Of a stretch of DNA of 64,000 nt, positions 1 to 10,769 are shown piece by piece; position 1 is the stretch's first letter; the number at the start of each line of letters is the position of its first letter. Below the pieces are notes generated by a model. That model had not been told where the DNA came from. It saw only the letters and a list, made by a program, of their open reading frames with translations, and ran no database searches. This DNA comes from a phage. Both the position numbers and the translations under genes were made by a program. Location of the stretch: the NCBI GenBank assembly GCA_026683435.1, contig GCA_026683435.1_4866.1. One strand, 5' to 3'.

Positions 1-1324
1 GTTCATGCAAATAGAGGGAAGAGGTGGTGGTCTCCAATCTTATGGTCGAGGAGTAAGTCGAACCGCGTCCCGTAACCGGATAACGCGTGATGAACGAGAA
101 GTAGTCATTCCAAATATCGTAACCTGACAAATAGAGGAGTTCCGCTAAGCTCAGTCCGCGGACAAGCTTACGGTCACGTCCTTCCGGCAGGTCTTCAATA
201 TCGTAAAAGATTTTGAAGCTGCGTTTGTCCTGGTAGATTAATGCCACGTAATGGTCCGGATCAATCATCAGCGGTTTATGTCGAAGCTCGCGCGCTTCCA
301 TTCTGTTGATGAGTGTTTCGATGCCATCGTCGGTAGTGAAAAGGTCATACACCCGCCCGGAGACTTCCAGGAACTCACGCTTGAGTGTTTTGGTGTTAAC
401 GCCGTATAAGTTGCCGTCCCCTGCCCGGATGTTACTGAGGTAACGTTCACGGATGTGGTATTGAGCCACAGGCAGTAATGCCTTCAGGGTTTGGTACAAA
501 CCGATACGGGTATCCGTTGGACGAATCGCATCTTCGCGACCCATGACCTTGGAACCGGTTGAGAATGAAGACAGTACGTTACGCGTACCGTTCATTAACT
601 TACGTGACGTCACTTTACGACGTGCAAAACCACCTTTACCATCCTGGATGTTGAAGAAGTACATCCAGATGTCATTAAAGGTTTGTTGGAGCTTCCAGCG
701 AACCGGGTCAGTCAGTTCCGTTCGCGTACTGCGGTCGGGGATTGCACGCGCCAGAGAAATCAGACGACGGTAGAGTCCGCCAATCTCTTCTTCTTGGTCG
801 CGGCCATCCTGACGAATGACCAAATCACGTAATCCCGCAGGCAGAACCAGCACATAGCGGCTGAGACTGACCGGACGGAACTTATTGAAGAAATCGACTG
901 TCTCGTCGCGACGCATCGACTCGTTGCGACCCGGAGTCAGTTGTTCGTAGTAGCGTAGGAAGAAGTTGAAGCCGGTGTCTGCACCTTTATCACTGGGCAG
1001 AGCCGGCTCGAAATCTTTTTCTTTCTCATTCCAGATAGCGAATCGCTTCCCGGAACAGATTTCTTCGTACAGCTGTTTCAGCTGGAACAATGCCAAACAA
1101 ACGGTCGGCGAAATGATATCCAGTTTGATATCAATGTACGAGAACGTTGAGTCTCGTGCTTCGCTCCCTGTGAGGCCAAAAATTTCGGTTGAATACAGTC
1201 CTTCAGGGTGAAAGTTTTTCGTCAGTCCCTGAAAGGTGTCTGTTGTTGTAACTGGTTTTAAATGCGACACCAGGGACTTATTAACGTTCAGTAGATAAAA
1301 ATCTACCCAGTTAAGCTTTCTCAC
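1..1324 (-). CDS. partial CDS (C-terminal part lies beyond left edge), hypothetical protein
   Basis: Manual translation of the minus strand gives an uninterrupted frame of >440 codons from about 1324 to position 1 (…GLYRRLISLARAIPDRSTRTELTDP…); absent from ORF track because no stop in window; start uncertain (GTG at 1324-1322 or internal codon). Confidence 0.5.
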   Translation of the reverse strand, partial: MRKLNWVDFYLLNVNKSLVSHLKPVTTTDTFQGLTKNFHPEGLYSTEIFGLTGSEARDSTFSYIDIKLDIISPTVCLALFQLKQLYEEICSGKRFAIWNEKEKDFEPALPSDKGADTGFNFFLRYYEQLTPGRNESMRRDETVDFFNKFRPVSLSRYVLVLPAGLRDLVIRQDGRDQEEEIGGLYRRLISLARAIPDRSTRTELTDPVRWKLQQTFNDIWMYFFNIQDGKGGFARRKVTSRKLMNGTRNVLSSFSTGSKVMGREDAIRPTDTRIGLYQTLKALLPVAQYHIRERYLSNIRAGDGNLYGVNTKTLKREFLEVSGRVYDLFTTDDGIETLINRMEARELRHKPLMIDPDHYVALIYQDKRSFKIFYDIEDLPEGRDRKLVRGLSLAELLYLSGYDIWNDYFSFITRYPVTGRGSTYSSTIRLETTTSSLYLHE

Positions 1325-1354
1325 TTTTTAGGCTCCTGAATTGGAAGAAACATT

Positions 1355-4300
1355 ATGGCAAAAAGAGGCAAAGACGGTTTCGATGATATCGATTTAGATA
1401 GACTCGACGACTGGGATGATTTCGGTGAACCACCCCGTCCCAAAGACGAGAAAAAACGAAGCCCGATACTCAGTACCCTGAATGTTGCCAGGAAGTCGGC
1501 GTTGTCAACTATCTGGCCAGAAGGGAAACGCGACCAAGTTATCCTCAAGGGGATGCCTAAGCCGGCAGCTGATGCATACGAGGGCTATCAGTCAGCGGCA
1601 GCTGCAGCAAAGGACATTTACGCCCATACGAAAGGGGAGCTTGAGAAGACCGAGCGCACGCTGAAGATGCAAGCGCGCCAACTCGGTCCGACAATGAAGA
1701 AATACTTGCCGGATGCAGTTACTAAGCGCATCGACAAGTGGTCAAAATCTGACCAGTTAGATTACCAGAACTACGATCCGAATCAGGCATTGATGGATCG
1801 TGAACTGGGCGACGTATTCTCAGGTGTGCCAAAGGACGCCGACGAACAACGTCAGCTGCAGGACCGCATGGTAGAGGATAAGCTCCGCGACAGCATCAAA
1901 GAGATGCGCGCGGATGCAATGCACCAAACCATGATTGGGATGGCGAAAGACATTAACCTGCTAACCGGGTTAAGCCGTGGGGTATTCTTAAACATCGAGC
2001 GTAAGAAACTCGAATTGCAATACCGTACCCTGTTCGCCATTCAAGACATCGTGAAGATGAAGCAGTCGGAGTTCGATCGTAACACGCCTGCTTTAGAAGC
2101 CATCGTGAAGAACACGGCGCTGCCAGACTACGCGAAGGAAGATTTCTCAGAAGTCCGTTGGGCAAACGTTAAACGCCAGGCTGCGGAATGGATGAACCCA
2201 TTGCGTTATGCTGACGGGTTTATGGACATGATTCGCGAAAATACCAAGAAGAAAATTTCTGGTATATTCGGCGAAGGTCGTGGTTTGTTAGAGTCTGTTC
2301 TCGGCATGGGTGTTGAAGACGATTTCGGCATGAGCGACAGCTCTTCGTTGACTGCCGAACGTCGCAAAACAAATGCTCGCGATAAAGCAACTGCATGGGG
2401 TAGCGGATTCCTTGCGAAGAAACTACTCGGCCCACAAATCGAGAAACTCCAGAAATGGACTCGTGAGGAGATGGAGAAAAATCCAGAGGTCATGAAACGC
2501 CTGCAGAAGGGCGCGTTCACCTTTGGTAATCTTTCCTCTATCTCGAACTCAGCTATCGCAGGCGAAACGCAAGGACCTTTGGCGGATTTGTTCCGGGTAC
2601 TGAATGAACTCGGTATTGTCCAACCGTTAAACCGTGAGAAAGCCTTCCTTGATGAGCGTAATGGCGAAACGTTAAGTCGCTCGGCGAAGTTTGACCGTAA
2701 AGCGTATCTTAGCCTGGTTGAAGTTATTCCTGCCTGGCTGGCAGAGATTAACAAATCTGTTCGTCGTGGCTATGGCGAACATGCCGATCTGGAATACGAC
2801 ATCACCAGTCGTGGTTTCGTGGACCGCAAAGTGGTCGGTAACCGTGTACGCAAAGCGGTTGCAAACGATGAGCAGCGCCTGCGTCTCCAAAATTCCATTA
2901 ACAGCACTGTGGATTTTGTTGACCGTGGCAAAACGCTCTCGCAGAAGGATCGGCAGCATCTTGCCGACTATATCGAGTCACGTGCCTCGCAGGGCCGCGC
3001 ATTCGACGTAGAAGCGATTCTGAAAGACCCGATGCATCTTCATCGGTATATGCCAGGAAACGCCGCAGAACGCATTAAGGAAGCGTTACAGGGGCATTCT
3101 GATAGCTTGGTCGGTGGTAGCAACGAATTAAGTAACGAGCTGGCCCGCAAAATCTCCACAGTGCAGTCATCTATCACCCAACGTCAGGCAATTATCGACG
3201 AGGCGGTGAATATTTACGGTGAGCGAGCATTGCGTGATGCGGGTATCTTTAACTACGACGCGAAGAGTGACACTTTCGGCGTGGATAAAGACCTGTCCGA
3301 TCCCTATACCTTGTTTAATGACTTGGCGATGGGTAAGACACGCAGCGGGCGTGCATTGACTCGTGACCAGGAGATTCAACGTAAGCTGCAAAACGGTTCG
3401 GCGTTAGGCGACTATCTGCGCCGAATGAACCAAGGGGCAAGTGGTGGTGCCGATGACACGTCGTTGCCGCCGGCTTTACGTGGCGGTGGTAAAGGCCGCG
3501 GAATGTCGCCTCGGCAGTTAGCCGCAGTTCTCTACGGTGAAACCTCGACTAACTTTGTTGAATTGTTGAGTCAACGTAACCGCGGCGAAGAAGCACCACG
3601 GAATAACTTTGACGGCATCATCGAAGCGATTCGGGGTAATAACAACAGCGACACCCTCCAGAAAATTCTGGAACACGTTAGAAGTATGGACGAAGAAGGG
3701 GTTCTCCTGGCTTCGTTAGCAGGGGGTGCTGGTTCTGGTGACGAAGAGATGGGACCACCTCGTCCTGGTGGTGGTAGCGGTGGCGGTAAACGCCGCCGTA
3801 TTATCATCGGTGAGGATGGGCTTATTCGTCGTTGGGGCGGTGTGTTGTTCGACACTGCAGCAGGAATCGGTGGCTTTGCAAAACGTGGTGTTAAAGGTGC
3901 CTGGAATAAACTGAATCAGTTCGGTGGCTGGGCGCGCGGTAAAATCGCGGGGATGGGCGGCGGAGAAGGTCCTGGTTTCTTAACCCGGATGCGTGGCCTT
4001 ATCAGCGGTAGTGTCCGTGGGGGCTTTGAAGCGGTAAGCTCTTTCGGTAAAGGATTGCTGGGTATCCGCGACGTTTACGATGACCATGGTAATGTTGTAC
4101 TGCAAGGTGCACGTCTGGAAGCTGGAGAATACTATCAGGTCATTGATGGTAAAATGGTTCAGCTGAAAACGCTGGACGACATCAAACTGGGGAGTGATAT
4201 TGTTGACTCCGCAGGTAATCTGGTATTAGCAGCCGCTGACTTAGCCGCTGCGGGTAAACTCCGCTACTATAAAGGCGGGAAAATCCAAGCACTGACCCAA

Positions 4301-7300
4301 GGTCTGGCCAGTAAGATTGGCTTAGGCTTTAATAAGGTGGCTAAGCTACCGAAACGGTTCCTGGATTTCCTGTCACCGAAAGCAGGCAGCATCGTTGGTA
4401 AGATTAAGGACTGGCTGAACGAGATTCCGGAGGGTGAAGAAAAGACACGTCTCCAGAAAGCGTTCAACCGCGTAACGAGCTTACCGGGTAAAGTGCTCGG
4501 TTTTGCGAAACGTGGTGTCGACCGTCTGAAAGACATGATTACCGACAACCCACTGACGCGTTGGTGGAAAGGCCGTAAAGATGGTGGGGGTGGTGGTTTC
4601 AGTATCTTCTCATCAACCGGAAAGAAAACCAACCACATTCTTATCCGTATCTACAAACTGTTGAACCAACGTTTACCGGGTGATCCGGAAGACGAAAGTT
4701 GGACAGAAGAAATGGAGAAGGGTGTCGGTGGCGGTGGTAGTACGATCGGCCGTGCAGTTCGCGGGGCGTATAATCGTGCGAAATCGTCGTTGTCTGAACG
4801 TTTTGGTGGACGTTGGTCAAGAACAAAAGCGTTCTTTGGTCGTGGACGTGACCGCCTGCGTGGTTGGTTCAGTGGTTTCCGAGGCCGGGCTGGGGATATG
4901 CTCGATGGGTATCGTGGAGCACGACACGACATTGCTACACGTTACGAAGTTGAACGTCGGTTGGCTGGACGTGATGACGACGTTGCTGAGTTTTATCGCA
5001 GTCATTTGAACGCGAAAGGTGGCCTTTCTGGCCGTAAAGTCTACGGTGACGCGAAGGACGACCTTGAGACCGCGCGCGATGCAGCAGGTCGGGTTATCAA
5101 CAAAGGGAAGAACGCTGCCAAATCTGCAGGTGCAAGGTTATTCGAACGCTTGGACCGAATGATTGGCTTGCAAGAGATGTCATGGTTTAACACCATGCGC
5201 GAATCAGTATCCCGTGCAGGTGGTGACGATGGCATTATTCGTACCATGTTTGCGAAGTTCGGTAAACGTAACAAGCCACCTGAAAGTGATGAAAAACGCG
5301 ACTACCTTAACTTCTTCAAACGTTGGCGTGAGAAACGTAAGGAGAAGAAAGAGAAAGCGCAGGGCTCCAAAGGGAAATCTGGCGGTCTGTGGGATATGGT
5401 GAAAGGCTTACCTATCATCGGTCCCATCGTCAGTATCTTGGGAACTGTGGGTAATATACTCGGTTCTATCACGAAATGGGGTGTGTTAAAACCAGTAGGT
5501 CTTTTAGGTAAGGCTGCGTGGAATGTCGGTAAGTTCGCAGTAACCCGTTTGGCGGCACCCGCGGTGTCCGCTGTGGCAACTGCGGCATCTGCCGTCGTGA
5601 CAGCAGTGGGCTGGCCGGCAATTCTTATCGGTGGTGCGATCGCTGCGGCTGGTTACGCCGCGTACAGGATTGCAACGACTACCTATACCCAGTACCTGGA
5701 TAAGATGCGTTTAGCTCAGTACGGTTTCCGTGATTACGATAAGTGGTCGTCGGACGACGGGGCGAAAGCGCGTTACTTAGAAGACGCATTGCGTGAGTAT
5801 GTGTCTTACGCGGAAGATGGCCAAGCCAGTCTCCGCGGGCTAAGTGGAAAAGACGTTCAGAAGTTAGCTGAAGGGTTCGGTATTAACGTCGAGGAAAAAG
5901 GCGAGATGTTGGCCTTCCAAGCGTTTATGCTTCAGCGCTTTATTCCGATTTATCTCCGCTGGATTACGGCACTGAAGTCAATGCCGAACAGTATCCAGTT
6001 GGCTGACGTCGGCGATGCGAAGAAAGTATCGAAAGAGGACATGCTGACTCTCTTCAACAAAATGAAGATGACTAAGGATGCAAAAGCGTTCTCTTCGTTA
6101 ACTGACCCACGCAAAGTCAACCAAGGTTTCTTCTCGAAGGCTTGGGACGTCGTAACCTTTACACCGAAGGAGTTTTTGAGCGGTGAAGAGGTTATGGAAG
6201 TGCAGAATGAAGTCGAGCGTGCAATCAAGTCCAGAATGGACGATAAGAAAGCACGTAAGTACGGAATGGCACCGGCCGTGGAGGGGATTAAATCCGCTGG
6301 CGTTGATGAAGCTATCAACAAACTAGGACAGCTGGATAACGAACGTAACAAAAATCTGGCGAAGGTAGAAGGTTGGGAAGACGGAACAGAGCAGGTTCAG
6401 ATTCAGGTAGACTGGAATGCGGTGCTCGACCAGAAAGACATGAATGCGATGGAATCGGTGCGTTGGAAGACTTACGGCTTTACCACCATCGATAACGCCA
6501 CCCGCACTTTGATCACGGTATTCGAGAAGAACGTCATCAAAGACATTGACGTGAAAACCGCAAGCTACAAAGGAGATTGGAAGAAAGCAATCGCCTCGAT
6601 GGTTCCAGACGCTATCGGCACACCGAAAGAAGATCGTTTGAAACGGTGGTTCTTTGACCGTTTCTTACCGGTATTCATGACGTATTTGGTTGGGGTGAAG
6701 CGTTACCTGCCAACAGCCGATCCGCTGAACTTGAAACTGACCGGCGGCTACCTGTACGAAATCAGTCTGATGATGTCAACTGCCTACAGCTTGAAAGGTG
6801 GTATAAGACAGTCGGTGTGGGAAGTGAATATCAACCCATTAGGGGGTGAGGCTAACACGAACCCATCGTCTATCAAAGCCGAGCTGGAAACGCTGAAGCT
6901 GTTGTCAAAAGAAGCTGACCTTGCCGTGCGTAACATGATTAAAGCCATTAAAAATAATGGCAAGCGTGCACGCTGGAAGGATCGTAACAAGAACCGCAGT
7001 TCTCTGGAAGTTACCGATGAAGATGAAGAAGACTCGAACATCAGTTCGGGAGATTCTTTGTCATCTGACGGTGCTCGCGCCTCAGGCTACATTCCATCGG
7101 GTACGAGTGGTGGTGTGCCGGGTAACTTGGGTCAAGTCGTCGATGCGGTTGGTGGTGTGCGGAACTACGCTGCAATGACCACTGGTTCGTCTTCGATTAA
7201 CCTGAGTGATGTGAAAGACGGTGATTATAAGTCACTGGCTGAAAAATACCCGATAGAAATGTTGGGTAGAAAGGGTGCGTTGAACGTTCCGAATATCAAA

Positions 7301-8476
7301 GCATTGATTACCGATGCGGCGAACATGATGGGCGTGCCACCTGCAGTAGCGTTAGCAATGGCTAAAGCGGAATCCGGTTTTAACTACACCGCTAAAAACC
7401 CGTATGCTTCGGCGTCTGGGCTGTTCCAGTTCATTGACGGCACGTGGAACGGGATGATGAAGGGGTATTCGCGGAAGTTCGGTATTCCGCGTGTTAACCA
7501 AATGGACCCGTGGGCGAATGCTATATTGGGTGTACAGTTCATTCGTGACAACATCCAACAAGCACAGCGTGACCTGGGTGGTAAAGCACCACCTCCAGCC
7601 GTGGCTTATCTGTACCACTTCTTGGGTGCAGGCGGCGGTAAGAAGTTCTTGGAAGCATGGAAGCGTAATCCGAATATGGCGGCATCAAGTGCTCCTGGGA
7701 TTACATCTGCAATACTGAGAGGGAATGCCAACGTCTTCTACAGCAACGGTCGTATACGTAGCGTAGACGGGGTTATTCAGGAACTGAACCGCCGCATGGG
7801 CGCAATTTCCGCCAACGAAGTCGCTGCCGATCCGAGTAAGACGAAGGATATGGTTGCAGGCTTGTCGCCTAATTCACCAACCAACCCGGCAGCAGCAATG
7901 GGTGCACCGGCCGCTAATGATCCGAGTCTGTCGCCAGCAGATAACCTGCCGGCAGATAATGCTAATCGTCGTGATGACGCATTGACGCAGAAAGGGGCCA
8001 TGGCGGCACAAGATGCAATGGCTACCGCCGCAGGTAATGTAGGACCAGCAGCACCTACACCAACCACAGGCGGTACCGGAACATCCGATGCCTCAACAAC
8101 GGCCGAAACCGTAGCGTCGCAAGCTGCAGCAGAAGGATTGTCTGCGACGGATGTTGCTAAAGTGAAAGCAGGCGCGGAAGCGCAGGTTAACGCAGCAGCT
8201 CGTCCAGTTGCCGCTCCAACTTCTGATGCTACAGCATCGACGCCAACGCTGAATGGTGACCCGATAGATGTTCAGCAGCTCAAGGTACTGATTCAGTCTC
8301 GCGATTACTTGAAAGAGATTCGTGATATTTTGAAATCAAATCCAAGAGCGGCAAACGACACACGGGGTGGTAGTATCCAGCAAGCGGCAAATGTGGCTCC
8401 TCCGGGCTCAGCTGCACGTAGGCAGGAAATAACCCAACCGACACCGTCGTTAAACGTAAGTCGGAAAGCAAGCTAA
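1355..8476 (+). CDS. giant tape-measure-like tail/ejection protein with C-terminal lytic transglycosylase (SLT) motif
   Basis: 2373-aa ORF; Gly-rich repeats; long hydrophobic segment (GLPIIGPIVSILG…AAGYAAYRI); SLT family-1 motif AESGFNYTAKNPYASASGLFQFIDGTW at nt ~7361-7447. Confidence 0.85.
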   Translation: MAKRGKDGFDDIDLDRLDDWDDFGEPPRPKDEKKRSPILSTLNVARKSALSTIWPEGKRDQVILKGMPKPAADAYEGYQSAAAAAKDIYAHTKGELEKTERTLKMQARQLGPTMKKYLPDAVTKRIDKWSKSDQLDYQNYDPNQALMDRELGDVFSGVPKDADEQRQLQDRMVEDKLRDSIKEMRADAMHQTMIGMAKDINLLTGLSRGVFLNIERKKLELQYRTLFAIQDIVKMKQSEFDRNTPALEAIVKNTALPDYAKEDFSEVRWANVKRQAAEWMNPLRYADGFMDMIRENTKKKISGIFGEGRGLLESVLGMGVEDDFGMSDSSSLTAERRKTNARDKATAWGSGFLAKKLLGPQIEKLQKWTREEMEKNPEVMKRLQKGAFTFGNLSSISNSAIAGETQGPLADLFRVLNELGIVQPLNREKAFLDERNGETLSRSAKFDRKAYLSLVEVIPAWLAEINKSVRRGYGEHADLEYDITSRGFVDRKVVGNRVRKAVANDEQRLRLQNSINSTVDFVDRGKTLSQKDRQHLADYIESRASQGRAFDVEAILKDPMHLHRYMPGNAAERIKEALQGHSDSLVGGSNELSNELARKISTVQSSITQRQAIIDEAVNIYGERALRDAGIFNYDAKSDTFGVDKDLSDPYTLFNDLAMGKTRSGRALTRDQEIQRKLQNGSALGDYLRRMNQGASGGADDTSLPPALRGGGKGRGMSPRQLAAVLYGETSTNFVELLSQRNRGEEAPRNNFDGIIEAIRGNNNSDTLQKILEHVRSMDEEGVLLASLAGGAGSGDEEMGPPRPGGGSGGGKRRRIIIGEDGLIRRWGGVLFDTAAGIGGFAKRGVKGAWNKLNQFGGWARGKIAGMGGGEGPGFLTRMRGLISGSVRGGFEAVSSFGKGLLGIRDVYDDHGNVVLQGARLEAGEYYQVIDGKMVQLKTLDDIKLGSDIVDSAGNLVLAAADLAAAGKLRYYKGGKIQALTQGLASKIGLGFNKVAKLPKRFLDFLSPKAGSIVGKIKDWLNEIPEGEEKTRLQKAFNRVTSLPGKVLGFAKRGVDRLKDMITDNPLTRWWKGRKDGGGGGFSIFSSTGKKTNHILIRIYKLLNQRLPGDPEDESWTEEMEKGVGGGGSTIGRAVRGAYNRAKSSLSERFGGRWSRTKAFFGRGRDRLRGWFSGFRGRAGDMLDGYRGARHDIATRYEVERRLAGRDDDVAEFYRSHLNAKGGLSGRKVYGDAKDDLETARDAAGRVINKGKNAAKSAGARLFERLDRMIGLQEMSWFNTMRESVSRAGGDDGIIRTMFAKFGKRNKPPESDEKRDYLNFFKRWREKRKEKKEKAQGSKGKSGGLWDMVKGLPIIGPIVSILGTVGNILGSITKWGVLKPVGLLGKAAWNVGKFAVTRLAAPAVSAVATAASAVVTAVGWPAILIGGAIAAAGYAAYRIATTTYTQYLDKMRLAQYGFRDYDKWSSDDGAKARYLEDALREYVSYAEDGQASLRGLSGKDVQKLAEGFGINVEEKGEMLAFQAFMLQRFIPIYLRWITALKSMPNSIQLADVGDAKKVSKEDMLTLFNKMKMTKDAKAFSSLTDPRKVNQGFFSKAWDVVTFTPKEFLSGEEVMEVQNEVERAIKSRMDDKKARKYGMAPAVEGIKSAGVDEAINKLGQLDNERNKNLAKVEGWEDGTEQVQIQVDWNAVLDQKDMNAMESVRWKTYGFTTIDNATRTLITVFEKNVIKDIDVKTASYKGDWKKAIASMVPDAIGTPKEDRLKRWFFDRFLPVFMTYLVGVKRYLPTADPLNLKLTGGYLYEISLMMSTAYSLKGGIRQSVWEVNINPLGGEANTNPSSIKAELETLKLLSKEADLAVRNMIKAIKNNGKRARWKDRNKNRSSLEVTDEDEEDSNISSGDSLSSDGARASGYIPSGTSGGVPGNLGQVVDAVGGVRNYAAMTTGSSSINLSDVKDGDYKSLAEKYPIEMLGRKGALNVPNIKALITDAANMMGVPPAVALAMAKAESGFNYTAKNPYASASGLFQFIDGTWNGMMKGYSRKFGIPRVNQMDPWANAILGVQFIRDNIQQAQRDLGGKAPPPAVAYLYHFLGAGGGKKFLEAWKRNPNMAASSAPGITSAILRGNANVFYSNGRIRSVDGVIQELNRRMGAISANEVAADPSKTKDMVAGLSPNSPTNPAAAMGAPAANDPSLSPADNLPADNANRRDDALTQKGAMAAQDAMATAAGNVGPAAPTPTTGGTGTSDASTTAETVASQAAAEGLSATDVAKVKAGAEAQVNAAARPVAAPTSDATASTPTLNGDPIDVQQLKVLIQSRDYLKEIRDILKSNPRAANDTRGGSIQQAANVAPPGSAARRQEITQPTPSLNVSRKAS

Positions 8477-8485
8477 TCGTAGGGG

Positions 8486-10747
8486 GTGGCAACACCCCCT
8501 AATCATCTTACAGAGAGGTTTTACGTGGAAGCAAGACAACTAAAAGATTCAGGATGGGTAACCGGCCTGTTTGGCGGTACAACCGCACAACGCGATGAGC
8601 GTTTCCTGGGTTTGCGTCGTTACTCTAACGCGATGCTCTCGTTTGAAGATACCACGATGGGTGGTTCGCAAGCGTTAAATGCGCCGCCGCAGTTTACGAT
8701 GTTTGCTGATCCGAGTTCAACAGGCGCCTTTGCACAACCTGATGCGGGTCGTGGCTCGTACTCAAAGTACGTTAAAGGTCAAGACCAACGTGGTTCCTAT
8801 CGTTTAGGGACTTTCTATTACGAAGCTATTAACCAAAACAGTTTTTATCTTCATTGTCGTTTCGGTAAACCTCGATATATCGGGGTCGCTGCATTCTTCG
8901 CGAATATGTACGATTCCAACCTAGCGTATCTGGCGCGCACAGGTGACTACCCTGGTATGTTGCGTGCGATGGGGACGTATGTTGCCGCCGCAGCAATATG
9001 GGCCGCAGTAGGTACGGTTGCCTTTGCGGTTATTCTAATTACACCACGTATGTTGAAGATGGTGCTGAACAAGCAGACTTCTCGCTACTACTACGTGAAA
9101 CCGACAATGCACTTGTATCTGCGCGCTGTGCAGAATATGGTTAACACCCAGTTAGTTTATCGCCGATTGGTACCAACGGGTGTGTTAGGGACTTTCCAGC
9201 TTGCTAATGCTGTAGACGGGTCTGAGAAAGGCGGTACTGCTAATAAGTACAACGGCGACCGTAAAGAGTGGTACTCCATGCTGCCAGAAATCTGGACAGC
9301 TGATGGTGAGTTCGATATCTATCGAATGATTAACCGCTACCAAACATTAGCCAACTACCAGGCGAAAACCATCGATAAAATTCGTAAAGAGTCGAGTAAC
9401 GAAGAGGACATGGCTCGTCGTTTGCGAAACTTCTATCTGGAAGCGACGTATTCAACAACCCATTTGGAGAAAGCTGCGCAGTACGAGGTTTCTTTACGTA
9501 ACCTTGAATACGTAGCCAAAGCTGGTAAAGGGTACGATGCTGGTTTTGAAAACGTCGACAACAAAGAAGACGAACTGGTAGCAGGGATGAACGGCAGCAT
9601 TCAGGATGCTCAGTCACAAGGAGGTAAAGCTGAAAACTTCGAAAACGAAGGTGATGCGCAACGTAAAAAGCTTGCCGAGCGTATGGCACAGGTTGAAAAG
9701 AACCAGGCTCAGGTTGCTAAAAGTCAGACTGAAGCAAACTCAATGGATGAGAATAATCTCGACATTGGGAAGATTGAAAACTGGATGGACCAAGGCCAGA
9801 AAGAATCTGTCGGTAGCGTCTTCAAAGACTATATCGATATTTTAGAAGGCGCTATGGATGGGTTAACTTCGAACATCGCTTCGGAGATACGCAATGGTTC
9901 GCAGTGGATTACTTGGCGTGTTGATGGACGTGATACCGTAGGGCGTTCGTTCTCCAACACCACCAAAGAACCTGAAATCTCTGGCACGGTTAACTCCGCC
10001 ACACAGAAAGCACGTTCTTTAGAAGTAAACCTCTCTGGTGGTAAGACTGGTTTCGACGCAGTCGATGGTCTCATTACTGGGTTGAAGTCCGCCTTTACAG
10101 GCGCACTCGATTTCTTGCATTTATCAGGGATTATGTCGCTGTACAACTCGTCAGTGATTGACTTCCCGGAAGTGTGGGACTCCTCAGACACCTCAGGTGA
10201 CGATATCTCGCTAAGTATTCCCCTTCGCTGTTGGTCGGGTAACGACTTAGATGTGTTCCAGGATCTGATTGTCCCGTTGTCGTTCTGGTTAGCGGCAGTT
10301 TGCCCGTTAGCAACCGGTAAACAATCGTTTACGCACCCGTTCTATCTGGAGTGTTATTCTCGTGGTCATTATTCCATGCGTAATGCCATGGTAACTAACT
10401 TGAGTCTCCAGTTTGGTACAGGTGGGTTAGGGTGGCGTGCTGACGGTCTGCCGTTGTCGTGTGATATACAGGTAACTATTCGTGACCTGTCGCGTGTTAT
10501 GTACATGCCGATTGTAACTGATATTGGTGTGTTTGATGATGATAACAAGTTCAGTGAATTTATGTCTGTGTTGGGCGCTGCCACGCTTTACGAGCGTACC
10601 AACGGTATCGCGCAGGCTAAAATCAATGCGTCTATCTGGGCGCAGAACTGGGCAAGTGCCTGGTCACAGGGCAGCATCGTCAACGCCGCATTAGATATCA
10701 TACCAGCACGACAAATCGCGAACATTTTCCTACCACAAGCGCGATAG
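8486..10747 (+). CDS. hypothetical virion/tail-module protein with internal hydrophobic segment
   Basis: 753-aa ORF directly after the giant protein; track start is GTG at 8486 inside a hairpin; alternative GTG at 8525 has RBS gagagg. Confidence 0.75.
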   Translation: MATPPNHLTERFYVEARQLKDSGWVTGLFGGTTAQRDERFLGLRRYSNAMLSFEDTTMGGSQALNAPPQFTMFADPSSTGAFAQPDAGRGSYSKYVKGQDQRGSYRLGTFYYEAINQNSFYLHCRFGKPRYIGVAAFFANMYDSNLAYLARTGDYPGMLRAMGTYVAAAAIWAAVGTVAFAVILITPRMLKMVLNKQTSRYYYVKPTMHLYLRAVQNMVNTQLVYRRLVPTGVLGTFQLANAVDGSEKGGTANKYNGDRKEWYSMLPEIWTADGEFDIYRMINRYQTLANYQAKTIDKIRKESSNEEDMARRLRNFYLEATYSTTHLEKAAQYEVSLRNLEYVAKAGKGYDAGFENVDNKEDELVAGMNGSIQDAQSQGGKAENFENEGDAQRKKLAERMAQVEKNQAQVAKSQTEANSMDENNLDIGKIENWMDQGQKESVGSVFKDYIDILEGAMDGLTSNIASEIRNGSQWITWRVDGRDTVGRSFSNTTKEPEISGTVNSATQKARSLEVNLSGGKTGFDAVDGLITGLKSAFTGALDFLHLSGIMSLYNSSVIDFPEVWDSSDTSGDDISLSIPLRCWSGNDLDVFQDLIVPLSFWLAAVCPLATGKQSFTHPFYLECYSRGHYSMRNAMVTNLSLQFGTGGLGWRADGLPLSCDIQVTIRDLSRVMYMPIVTDIGVFDDDNKFSEFMSVLGAATLYERTNGIAQAKINASIWAQNWASAWSQGSIVNAALDIIPARQIANIFLPQAR

Positions 10748-10769
10748 TACACCACAGAGGTAGCGCATT

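Noticed and set aside
1852-8067. Many minus-strand and out-of-frame ORFs of 60-180 aa inside the giant plus-strand gene (for example 2206..2754, 4267..4638, 5950..6351, 7777..8067)
   Set aside because: They lie wholly within a 7.1-kb ORF with clear protein features and have low-complexity, antisense-like composition; treated as shadow ORFs.
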